A stretch of DNA of 32,000 nt, taken from NCBI GenBank assembly GCA_016700015.1, contig CP064995.1, positions 960,001-992,000 of the forward strand. Reading direction: 5' to 3'. Position 1 is the first letter of the stretch. Every line of letters begins with the position of its first letter. This DNA comes from Candidatus Saccharimonadota bacterium (GTDB lineage Bacteria; Patescibacteriota; Saccharimonadia; Saccharimonadales; Saccharimonadaceae). The notes below the pieces were generated by a model. That model did no database searches. It was given only the letters and a program-made list of their open reading frames with translations, and was not told where the DNA came from. Both the position numbers and the translations under genes were made by a program. Of this stretch, positions 15,840 to 25,867 are shown one piece after another.

Positions 15840-16838
15840 CTAGCGACGGCGGGAGCGGCGAGAGCGGCCAAGCAGGCGTTCGTTGTAGCGCAGGATAGCC
15901 GCACGAATTGCGATGATAGCGACGGTGAGCAGGAACAGTATCAGAAGGATAAGTCGCCAAGGAATAACCCAAAATGAGAGAGTTTGAGTTGTAGTAAGCT
16001 TATCGCCGTAGTTGAGCTTCAGCTCAGCAGTGTATCGTCCGAACAGGAAGCCGGTTCCTAGTGCAGCTTTGTCGAGTGGCTGAGTGAATTTGCGAACACT
16101 CTTGGGCAAAATATTACGCGCTTCGCTATTGACATTGATATTAACGACTGGTTTGCCAAACATATCTTTGACGAGTATGGTGCCGACAGGTTGTTCATAC
16201 ACATTGCCTTCATTATTGACACGCTCAACAAAATTAAACGGTATCTCTTCGAAAAATGTCGATTTTTTATCGTCTTTTTCCATATAAAATTCAGCAATCG
16301 TTAGTTTTTCAGTTGCCGCACCTTTGACGCGAATCAAAATCAGCGCTCCGAGACTCGGTGCGAGCGACACGCTACTGGTGGTGCCTGCTGGTGCACTTGC
16401 AGTGAAACGCACCACACCGTAGTAGCCGCCCGGTGCAGCATTCGCTGGTACTTTTATTTCGAGCGGAAGTTTTTCGAGCTGCTTAGGCTTTAGGGTAAGG
16501 TTTGGAAACTTGCTTACCCACGGTATAAGACTATAGGGGCTGGGCTCAGCATCGTCGGTAATCACTCGTGGATTACCGCTTTCGTCGCCACTTGCAGTAA
16601 AGTCATTAATCTCACTCGTGACGAACAGCGCTGAATTTGACACATCGCGGATTGCAATCTCCGATTTGATGGTTTCGCCCGGATCAACAACAAAGTTGAG
16701 TACGGGTGGTGCGATTTCAAGCGCTAGCCCTTGTTGATTGTTGGCTGGCGGGTCAACTGCACTTACCAGTGCGGTTGTAAAAAGCGTGACCGTGAAGCCT
16801 GCAATCAATGTGGTGATAATGGATAAGCTATATTTCAT
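15840..16838 (-). CDS. DUF916/DUF3324-like cell-surface protein (CscA/DufA-like): signal peptide, two beta-sandwich-like halves, C-terminal TM anchor
   Basis: Signal peptide MKYSLSIITTLIAGFTVTLFTTALVSA. The N-terminal half (LEIAPPVLNFVVDPGETIKSEIAIRDVSNSALFV...LTLKPKQLEKLPLEIKVPANAAPGGYYGVVRFTA) fits the DUF916 pattern as I remember it. The C-terminal half (KLTIAEFY...VNNEGNVYEQPVGTILVKD...ILPKSVRKF...GRYTAELKLNYGD) fits the DUF3324 pattern. TM WRLILLILFLLTVAIIAI plus RSRRSRRR tail. Start is 6 nt after the preceding gene's stop. Confidence 0.55.
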   Translation of the reverse strand: MKYSLSIITTLIAGFTVTLFTTALVSAVDPPANNQQGLALEIAPPVLNFVVDPGETIKSEIAIRDVSNSALFVTSEINDFTASGDESGNPRVITDDAEPSPYSLIPWVSKFPNLTLKPKQLEKLPLEIKVPANAAPGGYYGVVRFTASAPAGTTSSVSLAPSLGALILIRVKGAATEKLTIAEFYMEKDDKKSTFFEEIPFNFVERVNNEGNVYEQPVGTILVKDMFGKPVVNINVNSEARNILPKSVRKFTQPLDKAALGTGFLFGRYTAELKLNYGDKLTTTQTLSFWVIPWRLILLILFLLTVAIIAIRAAILRYNERLLGRSRRSRRR

Positions 16839-16844
16839 GGTGAT

Positions 16845-18002
16845 CTAATAGGTCGGAGTACAAATGTACGTTAAGGTGGTGCTATACGTACCTGCGGTCA
16901 GGTTACCGGCTACATTGGCGATGTATGAGATAGTGTATAACTGACCATTGGTCGGGCCGGTGCCGCCATTGTCACTGCCAGCTATTACATCACCGGTCGA
17001 AAACTTGAAGTTATTCACGACATTGTAGTCAGATGCCGGCTGGCCGCGTAGGTCTGTACCATTTGGCGCGGGGTTGATATCTGCACTCGAGCCTGGAAAA
17101 CTACTAATTCCGGTGGGACCGCCAGTGTTTGTGTTGGCGCGAAGGTTGAGACCGAACTGGTTAGAACCCTTAGACCCAGCCACTGGAGCATCGGCCGCTC
17201 CCGGCGCCATAGCGGTGATTGTACTGGTACCCGATGTAAGGGTTGGTCCATTGACTGTGATAACATATCCTGAAAAGGCATTGGTACTGGCGGCCATTTG
17301 TGACTTTGCGATTGCGGTATCTTGGGGGGAGAAGAGTTGGTTAAATTCGATGACACCAGTTGTAGCGGTTGTGCAGTCAGGTACTGAACCATTCATCGAT
17401 ATTGTGCCGCCGGTACAGAAGATGAGACTTTCGGGCATAACACCACTAAGCTGGATCGCTGTAGCGGTACTGGCTGCAACCGAACCGGTGTCGATGGCCG
17501 TACCGGTGCCGTCCAGGCTACTAAATGTGCTGATGCGGACGAAGAAGGTGTAGTTGGTCGTTGTCGGGTTCTTGATGTTGTTGAGCTGGATGACTAAGGC
17601 ACCGCCTGCTGGGTTGGACGCGGCAGCACGTTTGACGATGACACTATTGACAGTTGATGCATGCACAGACCAGCCCGTGACAGCGGAGCCCGTATCCGTA
17701 ACTCCAGTGACGATGGACGCATCCATACCAGTCGGGGCGGTGCAGGCGACTTTGGAAGCAACAGTACAATATTCAAAGAGCACTGAACCGAGTGCGGTGC
17801 CAAGGGTAGGTATGGTAAACGTCAGCTTGTGGTTGACATTGCCGCCAGGCAAAGAGCCACCGACATTACCAACACCGATCAATGTTAATGATCGAGACGT
17901 AATCTGGTCTGCACTGGCTAGTCCCGACTGCAAAGTGACAGTGACGCCCGCCGCAACCAGCAACACACTTAAAACGTATGCAACTCCCCTCACACTTTTC
18001 AT
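16845..18002 (-). CDS. secreted two-domain surface protein, large paralog A (WxL-like C-terminal domain)
   Basis: The ATG at 18002 gives the signal peptide MKSVRGVAYVLSVLLVAAGVTVTLQSGLASA/DQ. It is clearly paralogous to 18107-19333 (shared blocks FFVRISTxxSLDxTGxAIDxGxVAAST, LSGVMPESLxFCTG, ASTNAxSGYxITVNGPTLTSG, QFGLNL, YSTTLTYICTPT[YF]). The track start at 18038 is a TTG that coincides with a -35-like hexamer. Confidence 0.8.
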   Translation of the reverse strand: MKSVRGVAYVLSVLLVAAGVTVTLQSGLASADQITSRSLTLIGVGNVGGSLPGGNVNHKLTFTIPTLGTALGSVLFEYCTVASKVACTAPTGMDASIVTGVTDTGSAVTGWSVHASTVNSVIVKRAAASNPAGGALVIQLNNIKNPTTTNYTFFVRISTFSSLDGTGTAIDTGSVAASTATAIQLSGVMPESLIFCTGGTISMNGSVPDCTTATTGVIEFNQLFSPQDTAIAKSQMAASTNAFSGYVITVNGPTLTSGTSTITAMAPGAADAPVAGSKGSNQFGLNLRANTNTGGPTGISSFPGSSADINPAPNGTDLRGQPASDYNVVNNFKFSTGDVIAGSDNGGTGPTNGQLYTISYIANVAGNLTAGTYSTTLTYICTPTY

Positions 18003-18008
18003 GTCCGC

Positions 18009-18038
18009 AGTGTACCATAAGCAAGACAGCTTGGTCAA
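18009..18038 (-). promoter_or_regulatory. promoter in leaderless geometry for paralog A
   Basis: The minus strand has TTGACC (18033-18038)-18 nt (ending TGG)-TACACT (18009-14), then 6 nt (GCGGAC), then ATG at 18002. No SD. Confidence 0.45.
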
Positions 18039-18054
18039 ATACTTTCGCTAACAC

Positions 18055-18084
18055 AAGCTACCACCTGTTGATAAGTGGCAGCTT
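18055..18084 (-). terminator. stem-loop 22 nt downstream of the paralog B stop (no U tract)
   Basis: The minus strand reads AAGCTGCCAC-TTATCAACAG-GTGGTAGCTT: a 10-bp stem with one G-U pair and a 10-nt loop. It is followed by GTGTTAGCG, so it is not a canonical intrinsic terminator. Confidence 0.3.
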
Positions 18085-18106
18085 GGAGAAACCGGGAATG
18101 GATATG

Positions 18107-19333
18107 CTAGAAAGTAGGGGTACAGATGTACGTAAGGGTAGTGCTATAGGTACCAGCTGGCTGACTACCTGGCACATTGGCGATGTAACTGACAGTGTAG
18201 ATCTGGGCATCAGAGGCACCGAGGCTGCCATCATCACTTTGCGCCACAGTATTGCCATCAACGAATTTGAACTCGTCCGTCACGCCATAGTCGGTAGTTG
18301 GCTGGCCACGAAGGTTGGTACCGTTTGGTGCTGGGACGACAGCCGAACTGCCAATAGTAAAGGGGGCGGTAACAGTTTCGATGCCGGCTGAGACTGCAGC
18401 ATTATTTGCAACAAGGTTCAGGCCAAACTGTGCAGTACCACGTACGCGAGTGCCGCGTGTTGCCATACCAGCAATCGTGTTGCTACCAGAAGTAAGCGTT
18501 GGTCCATTGACGGTGATAGTATAGCCTGAGCCCGCGTTCGTACTGGCTGCCATCTGTGATAGTGAATACGCGGTGTCGGTTGGCGAGAATAGCTTGTTGA
18601 ACTGAATGATGCCATCGGTCGCTGTTGAGCAGTCTGGCACGCCAGATGGCAGGCCAGTATCGGTGCTAACGGTCGCACCAGTGCAGAAGACGAGCGATTC
18701 GGGCATGACACCGCTTAGTTCGATTGGGTCAGCGGTGCTAGCGGCAACCGTACCACGGTCGATAGCAGCGCCAGTGGTATCAAGACTGTTGTATGTTGAG
18801 ATGCGGACAAAGAATGTACCAAGTACCGAAGGGTTAATCATGTCTTTTATATTGACCGTGACGGCAGTATTCGCGGGCACAGCCGCCTGTGAGCCCGGTG
18901 AACGGGTTAGGTAGTAAACATTAACCGATGCGCCGTTAACCTTTGTAAGGCCAGTAATACCAGAAGTGGTACCGAGTGTCGCTGTTGTTGAATCGAGCCC
19001 CGTTGGTGCAACACAGGTCAATGCGCCGACGTCAGCCGCAGTGGTACAGTATTCAAACTTGATTGAGCCTACCGGCGTGGCAGTCACCGAAGGAAGTGTG
19101 AAGGTAAATACGTGGTTTGCTTTCGAGTTGATATTTGGCACCGCACCACTGGGGCGAGAACCACCATTAAGCCCGCTTGGGTTGGTATCTGCAGCTTGCA
19201 GAGTAAGTGATCTTGTGACGATCTGATCGGCGCTTGCTCGGTTGGCAGGGAACGCGAGCTGCGCCACTACGACTGTGACAAGCAAAAACACGCTAAGCGC
19301 GCGATGTATGGTGGTGGATATAGGTTTTTTCAT
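18107..19333 (-). CDS. secreted two-domain surface protein, large paralog B (WxL-like C-terminal domain)
   Basis: The ATG at 19333 gives MKKPISTTIHRALSVFLLVTVVVAQLAFPANRASA/DQ. See paralog A for the shared blocks. Ends ...AGTYSTTLTYICTPTF. Confidence 0.8.
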   Translation of the reverse strand: MKKPISTTIHRALSVFLLVTVVVAQLAFPANRASADQIVTRSLTLQAADTNPSGLNGGSRPSGAVPNINSKANHVFTFTLPSVTATPVGSIKFEYCTTAADVGALTCVAPTGLDSTTATLGTTSGITGLTKVNGASVNVYYLTRSPGSQAAVPANTAVTVNIKDMINPSVLGTFFVRISTYNSLDTTGAAIDRGTVAASTADPIELSGVMPESLVFCTGATVSTDTGLPSGVPDCSTATDGIIQFNKLFSPTDTAYSLSQMAASTNAGSGYTITVNGPTLTSGSNTIAGMATRGTRVRGTAQFGLNLVANNAAVSAGIETVTAPFTIGSSAVVPAPNGTNLRGQPTTDYGVTDEFKFVDGNTVAQSDDGSLGASDAQIYTVSYIANVPGSQPAGTYSTTLTYICTPTF

Positions 19334-19371
19334 GGTGGATTTTTGTTTTTTTGTTAAGGTTTCTACCAGAG

Positions 19372-19400
19372 ATATTACCATGAGCGTTGTAGTGTGTCAA
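19372..19400 (-). promoter_or_regulatory. near-consensus sigma70 promoter for paralog B
   Basis: The minus strand has TTGACA (19395-19400)-17 nt ending TGG-TAATAT (19372-19377). A leader of about 40 nt follows, A-rich (AACAAAAAAACAAAAATCCACC), before the ATG. Confidence 0.5.
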
Positions 19401-19458
19401 CAATTTTTACCATATTTTTCATATCACTATGCGTGATCAGTCTGCAGCCTGTGGATAA

Positions 19459-20199
19459 CTAATAGGTACCGGTCACGATCAGTGTCTGATAGCTAGTGTA
19501 AGTACCGCCAGGGGTGATGCCCGCGACATTGGCGAGGAAACTGATAGTATAAGTGGTCTTACCAGAGCTCTTTGGCGCACTGGCGATAGTTTCACCAGCT
19601 ACATAGCGAAATTCATTAGGTGTCGTGTAATCAGCATAATTTGGTGAGCTAGGCCCATTGCCAATCTGTCCAAAGCCAAACTGGCCATTGTCGAGATTAG
19701 CGCCAAAGCTTGCTGGCGATGTGTTAGCAACAAGATTGATACCAAACTGCTCAATGCCAGGCTGAGAGATATTGGTAGTTGTCATGGCGTTGATTGATCT
19801 CCCATTATGTGAAGGTGGTGTGCCGGTCAGCTGCACGGCGTAGCCATAGCTTGTGTAGTTGATAACAGTGAACGTGGCAGTTCCAGTTGACGCACTGTTA
19901 GCTGAAAATGTACCAAAGTCGATAAGCGCATTATTGACTGCAACACTCAGCACGGGGTCTGGACTAGTTTTTGATCCGGCATTAACTTGGAAGTTCGACG
20001 ATGCCGAGTTGCCAACTCCTAAATCACCGAACGCGGATTGCCCAATATAGCTTGATGAGCTTGATTGGGTCAGGCTGCCGGCCCCCACCGTCGGTTCATC
20101 GAATTTATAGTTGTTGGACTGCAACGTCTCGGCATGTGCAGGTGGTACGATAAGCGTTAGGCACACTAAGCATGCCAAAACAAATCGCCGCAGTTTCAT
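19459..20199 (-). CDS. secreted single-domain surface protein, small paralog (WxL-like)
   Basis: The ATG at 20199 gives the signal peptide MKLRRFVLACLVCLTLIVPPAHA/ETLQ. An N-terminal SxNY/F-type repeat region (SNNYKF, SSSYIG, SSNFQV) is followed by a domain collinear with the C-terminal domains of paralogs A and B (IDFGTFS, SYGYAVQLTG, QFGINLVANT, YTISFLANVAGITPGGTYTSYQTLIVTGTY). The longer track ORF (to 20340) would overlap the divergent gene and has no signal peptide. Confidence 0.75.
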   Translation of the reverse strand: MKLRRFVLACLVCLTLIVPPAHAETLQSNNYKFDEPTVGAGSLTQSSSSSYIGQSAFGDLGVGNSASSNFQVNAGSKTSPDPVLSVAVNNALIDFGTFSANSASTGTATFTVINYTSYGYAVQLTGTPPSHNGRSINAMTTTNISQPGIEQFGINLVANTSPASFGANLDNGQFGFGQIGNGPSSPNYADYTTPNEFRYVAGETIASAPKSSGKTTYTISFLANVAGITPGGTYTSYQTLIVTGTY

Positions 20200-20217
20200 A
20201 CCTGGGTCCATGCCGTT

Positions 20218-20269
20218 ATTGTGGGTGAACCGTAAGGATTTTGCAAGTTTTCCCCATAAGCGGTATACT
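20218..20269. promoter_or_regulatory. back-to-back divergent promoters sharing one palindromic -35 hexamer
   Basis: TTGCAA (20241-20246) is its own reverse complement. Plus strand: 17-nt spacer, then TATACT (20264-20269), for the gene at 20301. Minus strand: 17-nt spacer, then CACAAT (20218-20223), for the gene at 20199. Confidence 0.35.
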
Positions 20270-20300
20270 ATGAATTGGATACAAAACAAGAGAAACAGAC

Positions 20301-21332
20301 ATGAGCGAAGAGCCAAAACAAGCTGATGGTAGCGCCGCACCAGCGCCAGAACTGCTCACCACCCAAGATACGGGTGATGCTAAGTTTGCGACCCCTGAGC
20401 AGTCGATGGCAGCCCATGTCGACCATGCGCCTGCTACTGCAGTGAAACGCCGTATCGCTTATCGCCCTTCGCACAAAGCCACTTTCATTGGCCTGGCGGT
20501 TGTCGCATTAATTCTAGGGCTCAACGCTGTTATTTTATCAGTTGTTATGAAAAACAACGCCGACGCCCAGGATGCCAAGGTAAAGAACGGTGTGACAATC
20601 AGTGCTAGTACCCTCGATAAATTAGGGGTTAGTCGCAACCCGGTGGGAAATGCCGAAACCGAGCTTGTCGTCGGTCCCAACAGCACCTTTAATGGCAAAG
20701 TAGTGATGGGTGGAGACCTATCAGTCGCGGGAGTATTGCAGCTTAATAATAAGTTTACCGCTAGCGACGCTAGCCTTGCTAAACTGCAAGCAGGCGATGT
20801 GCAGCTGGAAAAGCTCAATGTCAACGGTGATGGCACGGTGTCGACACTGAATCTGCGTAAGGATCTACAGGTAGCTGGTACCACGAGGTTACAGGGGCCG
20901 CTGACGGTGAATCAATTAACGACTATCAACAATAACCTTAATGTGGCTGGTAATCTGGCGATTGGCGGTACGCTATCGGTGCGCAATTTCCAAGTGTCGA
21001 ACCTGACAGTAGCGGGCCATTTGATCAGCTCTGGCGGCAAGCCAGGTGTCAGTGTCGGCGGGGGTGCAGGTAGCAACGGCACTGTATCGCTTGATGGCAA
21101 CGATACGAGTGGTACTGTGGCGGTGAACACGGGTGTCGGTGCTGGTAGCGGCCTACTCGCCACTATTACCTTTGCCGAGCGATTTGCCAGCACGCCGCGT
21201 GTCGTTGTCACGCCAATTGGTCGTGCAGTACCAGGCCTCTACATCAATCGCACGTCGACAGGCTTTACTATTAGTGCTGATGGTGCGCTGGCGCCCGGTG
21301 GCTATGCGTTTGACTATGTTGTTGTACAGTAA
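20301..21332 (+). CDS. membrane-anchored protein with a beta-helix-like repeat stalk and an H-type-lectin-like C-terminal domain
   Basis: Cytoplasmic N-terminus, then TM ATFIGLAVVALILGLNAVILSVVM. Repeats of the type LxVxGxxxLxG (LSVAGVLQLNN, LQVAGTTRLQG, LNVAGNLAIGG, LTVAGHLISSG). The C-terminus, GTVAVNTG...ATITFAERFASTPRVVVTPIG...LYINRTSTGFTISADG...YAFDYVVVQ, resembles the H_lectin pattern (F..F...P.V......v..t..GF.i). Confidence 0.7.
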   Translation: MSEEPKQADGSAAPAPELLTTQDTGDAKFATPEQSMAAHVDHAPATAVKRRIAYRPSHKATFIGLAVVALILGLNAVILSVVMKNNADAQDAKVKNGVTISASTLDKLGVSRNPVGNAETELVVGPNSTFNGKVVMGGDLSVAGVLQLNNKFTASDASLAKLQAGDVQLEKLNVNGDGTVSTLNLRKDLQVAGTTRLQGPLTVNQLTTINNNLNVAGNLAIGGTLSVRNFQVSNLTVAGHLISSGGKPGVSVGGGAGSNGTVSLDGNDTSGTVAVNTGVGAGSGLLATITFAERFASTPRVVVTPIGRAVPGLYINRTSTGFTISADGALAPGGYAFDYVVVQ

Positions 21333-21334
21333 CC

Positions 21335-23886
<2,552 letters not shown>

Positions 23887-23890
<4 letters not shown>

Positions 23891-25389
23891 GATTTTACCT
23901 CAATTTTTTTCTTGTCTCTTTTATCGCTCTGTTCTGGGGCGGCCTCGACTGGTTTTTCTTCCACCGGTGCGAGCATCTCGGCTCGGAATTTTGCCAGTAG
24001 TTCGGCTTCAAGTTTGTCGTAATCTTCTTCGGTGTGCATATCGACCCCGCGGCCTTTCACAGCTTGCTTGAGGCTGGCAACATCGATAGCGGCATCGGTG
24101 TCGTTATTCATAATCGTTTCGAGGAGTAGTTGTTGCTCGGGCAGTGAGAAAAGCTGCTCTGGTGGCTGGCCTAGCGCTTGGTAGAGGTGACGTCCACGGG
24201 CTAGGTCGATTCGTGTCTCTCTACTGAGCTGACTTGAAAAGTGCGAGAATTCTTCGGCCTGATGGTAATGGGCCAGCGCTTTGAAGAGGGCAGTTGAAAG
24301 CTGTTTTTGACGCTTGGTCTGAGCTTGGCCACCGACACGGCTGACTGAAAGTCCGGCATTGACAGCAGGTCGAATACCTTTGCGGAAATAGCCTAGGTCA
24401 AAAATAATCTGACCGTCAGTGATCGACATGATGTTAGTACTGAGGTAGGCAGTGATATCATCGTTTGGGGTCAGGACTACCGGGAGACTGGTGAGGGTCT
24501 TATCATTGGTCAGCAGCTTACCTGCCCGTTCTAAAAGACTAGAGTGTGTGTAGAATATATCGCCCGGGTAGCTGTCACGCCCAGGGTCGACTTCTTGCAG
24601 TAGTGACAGTTGACGATAGGCCTCGGCGTGGCTACTCAGGTCGTCATAGATGATGATGACATCTTGCCCGCCGTACCACAGATGCTCGGCCATACTACAG
24701 GCGGCGTAGGGTGCAATATAACTCTGGGTGAGGCTGTCGAAAATATTGGCAAGCACGACGATCGTGTGCTCCATCGCTCCACTACGTTGCAGCTCGCTAA
24801 GGAGCCGTTCGATGTCGACTTTGCGCTTGCCGACCAGCACATACACAACAATTCGATCAGTGCCTTGCTGGTTGGCGCTGAGTTGGCTTAAGAAAGTGCT
24901 TTTCCCAGACTTACTGTCGCCGAGGATAGCAATACGCTGGCCAAGGACAATTGGGAAGAAACTATCGACAGCACTGACGCCGCTCGCGAGCTGTTCATTG
25001 AGCATTTTGCGGTCCATAATTCCTGGCGCCGGGGTAAAGATACCGCTCGTATTTGCCGTACGCACCATGCCTTTACCATCGAGCGGTTCACCCATCGGAC
25101 TAATTACCCGGCCGACGAGCTCAGGCCCAACGGGCACCTGCAGTTGGTCGAACTGGACGACGGCTAGGGCGCCGAGTGCTACGTTTTCACTGTCGATGTT
25201 GTACAGAATTACGCGATCGCCATAGGCTTCGCGCACCATGCCGCGCTGGCCATCATCAAACAGCACCTGGGAACCGATACGTACGCCCTCGAGACCTTTC
25301 ACTTCGACAATGAAGCGGTTAATAGCCACAACCTCACCAGTTAGATTGCCAGCTTCAACAAGCTGCTGGAAGATTTGGTTATCAAACAC
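23887..25389 (-). CDS. atpA: F1 ATP synthase alpha subunit (divergent P-loop GDSKSGKST)
   Basis: RIAILGDSKSGKSTF (versus the canonical GDRQTGKT), DVIIIYDDLSSHAEAYRQLSLL, PGRDSYPGDIFYTHSSLLERAGK, and ITDGQIIFD. GTG start with a GAGGTG SD 7 nt upstream. Charged C-terminal tail. Confidence 0.9.
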
Positions 25390-25867
25390 GGGTCAGCACC
25401 TCACCAAATCGGTAGCGTTCATTAAGTATCGTTCGACGGAATGACCAGTCAAAAATCCGGCTGCCAAACCGTACAACCATACCGCCGAGTAGGGTAGAAT
25501 TGAAACGAAAACTAATAAGGATGTCAGGCGCGATATTACTGCGCGCCCATGCTACGAGGGCTTTTTTGACTTCATTTGTAGCCGGAGCGGCTAAGGTGAT
25601 TGTCATAACTTTTGCTTGCGCCTTGGTAGTTTCGAGCTGTGCGATTAGCGCTTCTAGGCTGGCGCTTGTCATACCATCAGCACTACGCGCGAGCTTTAGT
25701 ATTTCGATGGCAGCGGGTGAAAGTTCGGGCTGCGGTTGAGTATACTGCGTCTGCACTCTTTCGGCGATGACATATTGGTTAAACCATTTGGCGTAGCCAC
25801 GAATTTCGATAATCAAACTCATGAGGTCTTCTTTAGAGCTAATGGTAGCTGGGAGATTATACACCAT
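25382..25867 (-). CDS. atpH: ATP synthase delta (OSCP) subunit
   Basis: The C-terminus, ...ISFRFNSTLLGGMVVRFGSRIFDWSFRRTI, fits the OSCP pattern (iiGG..v..g....D.S). The ATG at 25867 is preceded by an AAGGAG SD 7 nt upstream (the track start at 25873 is TTG). Overlaps the end of atpF. Confidence 0.75.
   Translation of the reverse strand: MVYNLPATISSKEDLMSLIIEIRGYAKWFNQYVIAERVQTQYTQPQPELSPAAIEILKLARSADGMTSASLEALIAQLETTKAQAKVMTITLAAPATNEVKKALVAWARSNIAPDILISFRFNSTLLGGMVVRFGSRIFDWSFRRTILNERYRFGEVLTRV

Noticed and set aside
16845-16860. The C-terminal aromatic residue (…TPTY, …TPTF, …TGTY) as an outer-membrane beta-barrel sorting signal
   Set aside because: The proteins do not show amphipathic beta-barrel periodicity throughout. 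The neighbouring genes (DUF916-like anchor, WxL-like features) point to a monoderm-type wall-associated complex, and nothing in the window suggests an outer membrane.
17074-18051. Two plus-strand ORFs (159 and 165 aa) opposite paralog A, and similar ones opposite paralog B (18315-19226)
   Set aside because: These are antisense shadows of Thr/Gly/Ala-rich genes. The minus-strand genes have signal peptides, promoters and a conserved paralog pair.
19459-20340. Long versions of the ORF starts (20340 for the small paralog; also 18038, 19381, 27696, 1316 and 29025)
   Set aside because: The upstream extensions begin at non-ATG codons or add residues ahead of a perfect signal peptide. They also overlap promoter elements or a divergent gene. 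The internal ATGs give canonical signal peptides or SD spacing.
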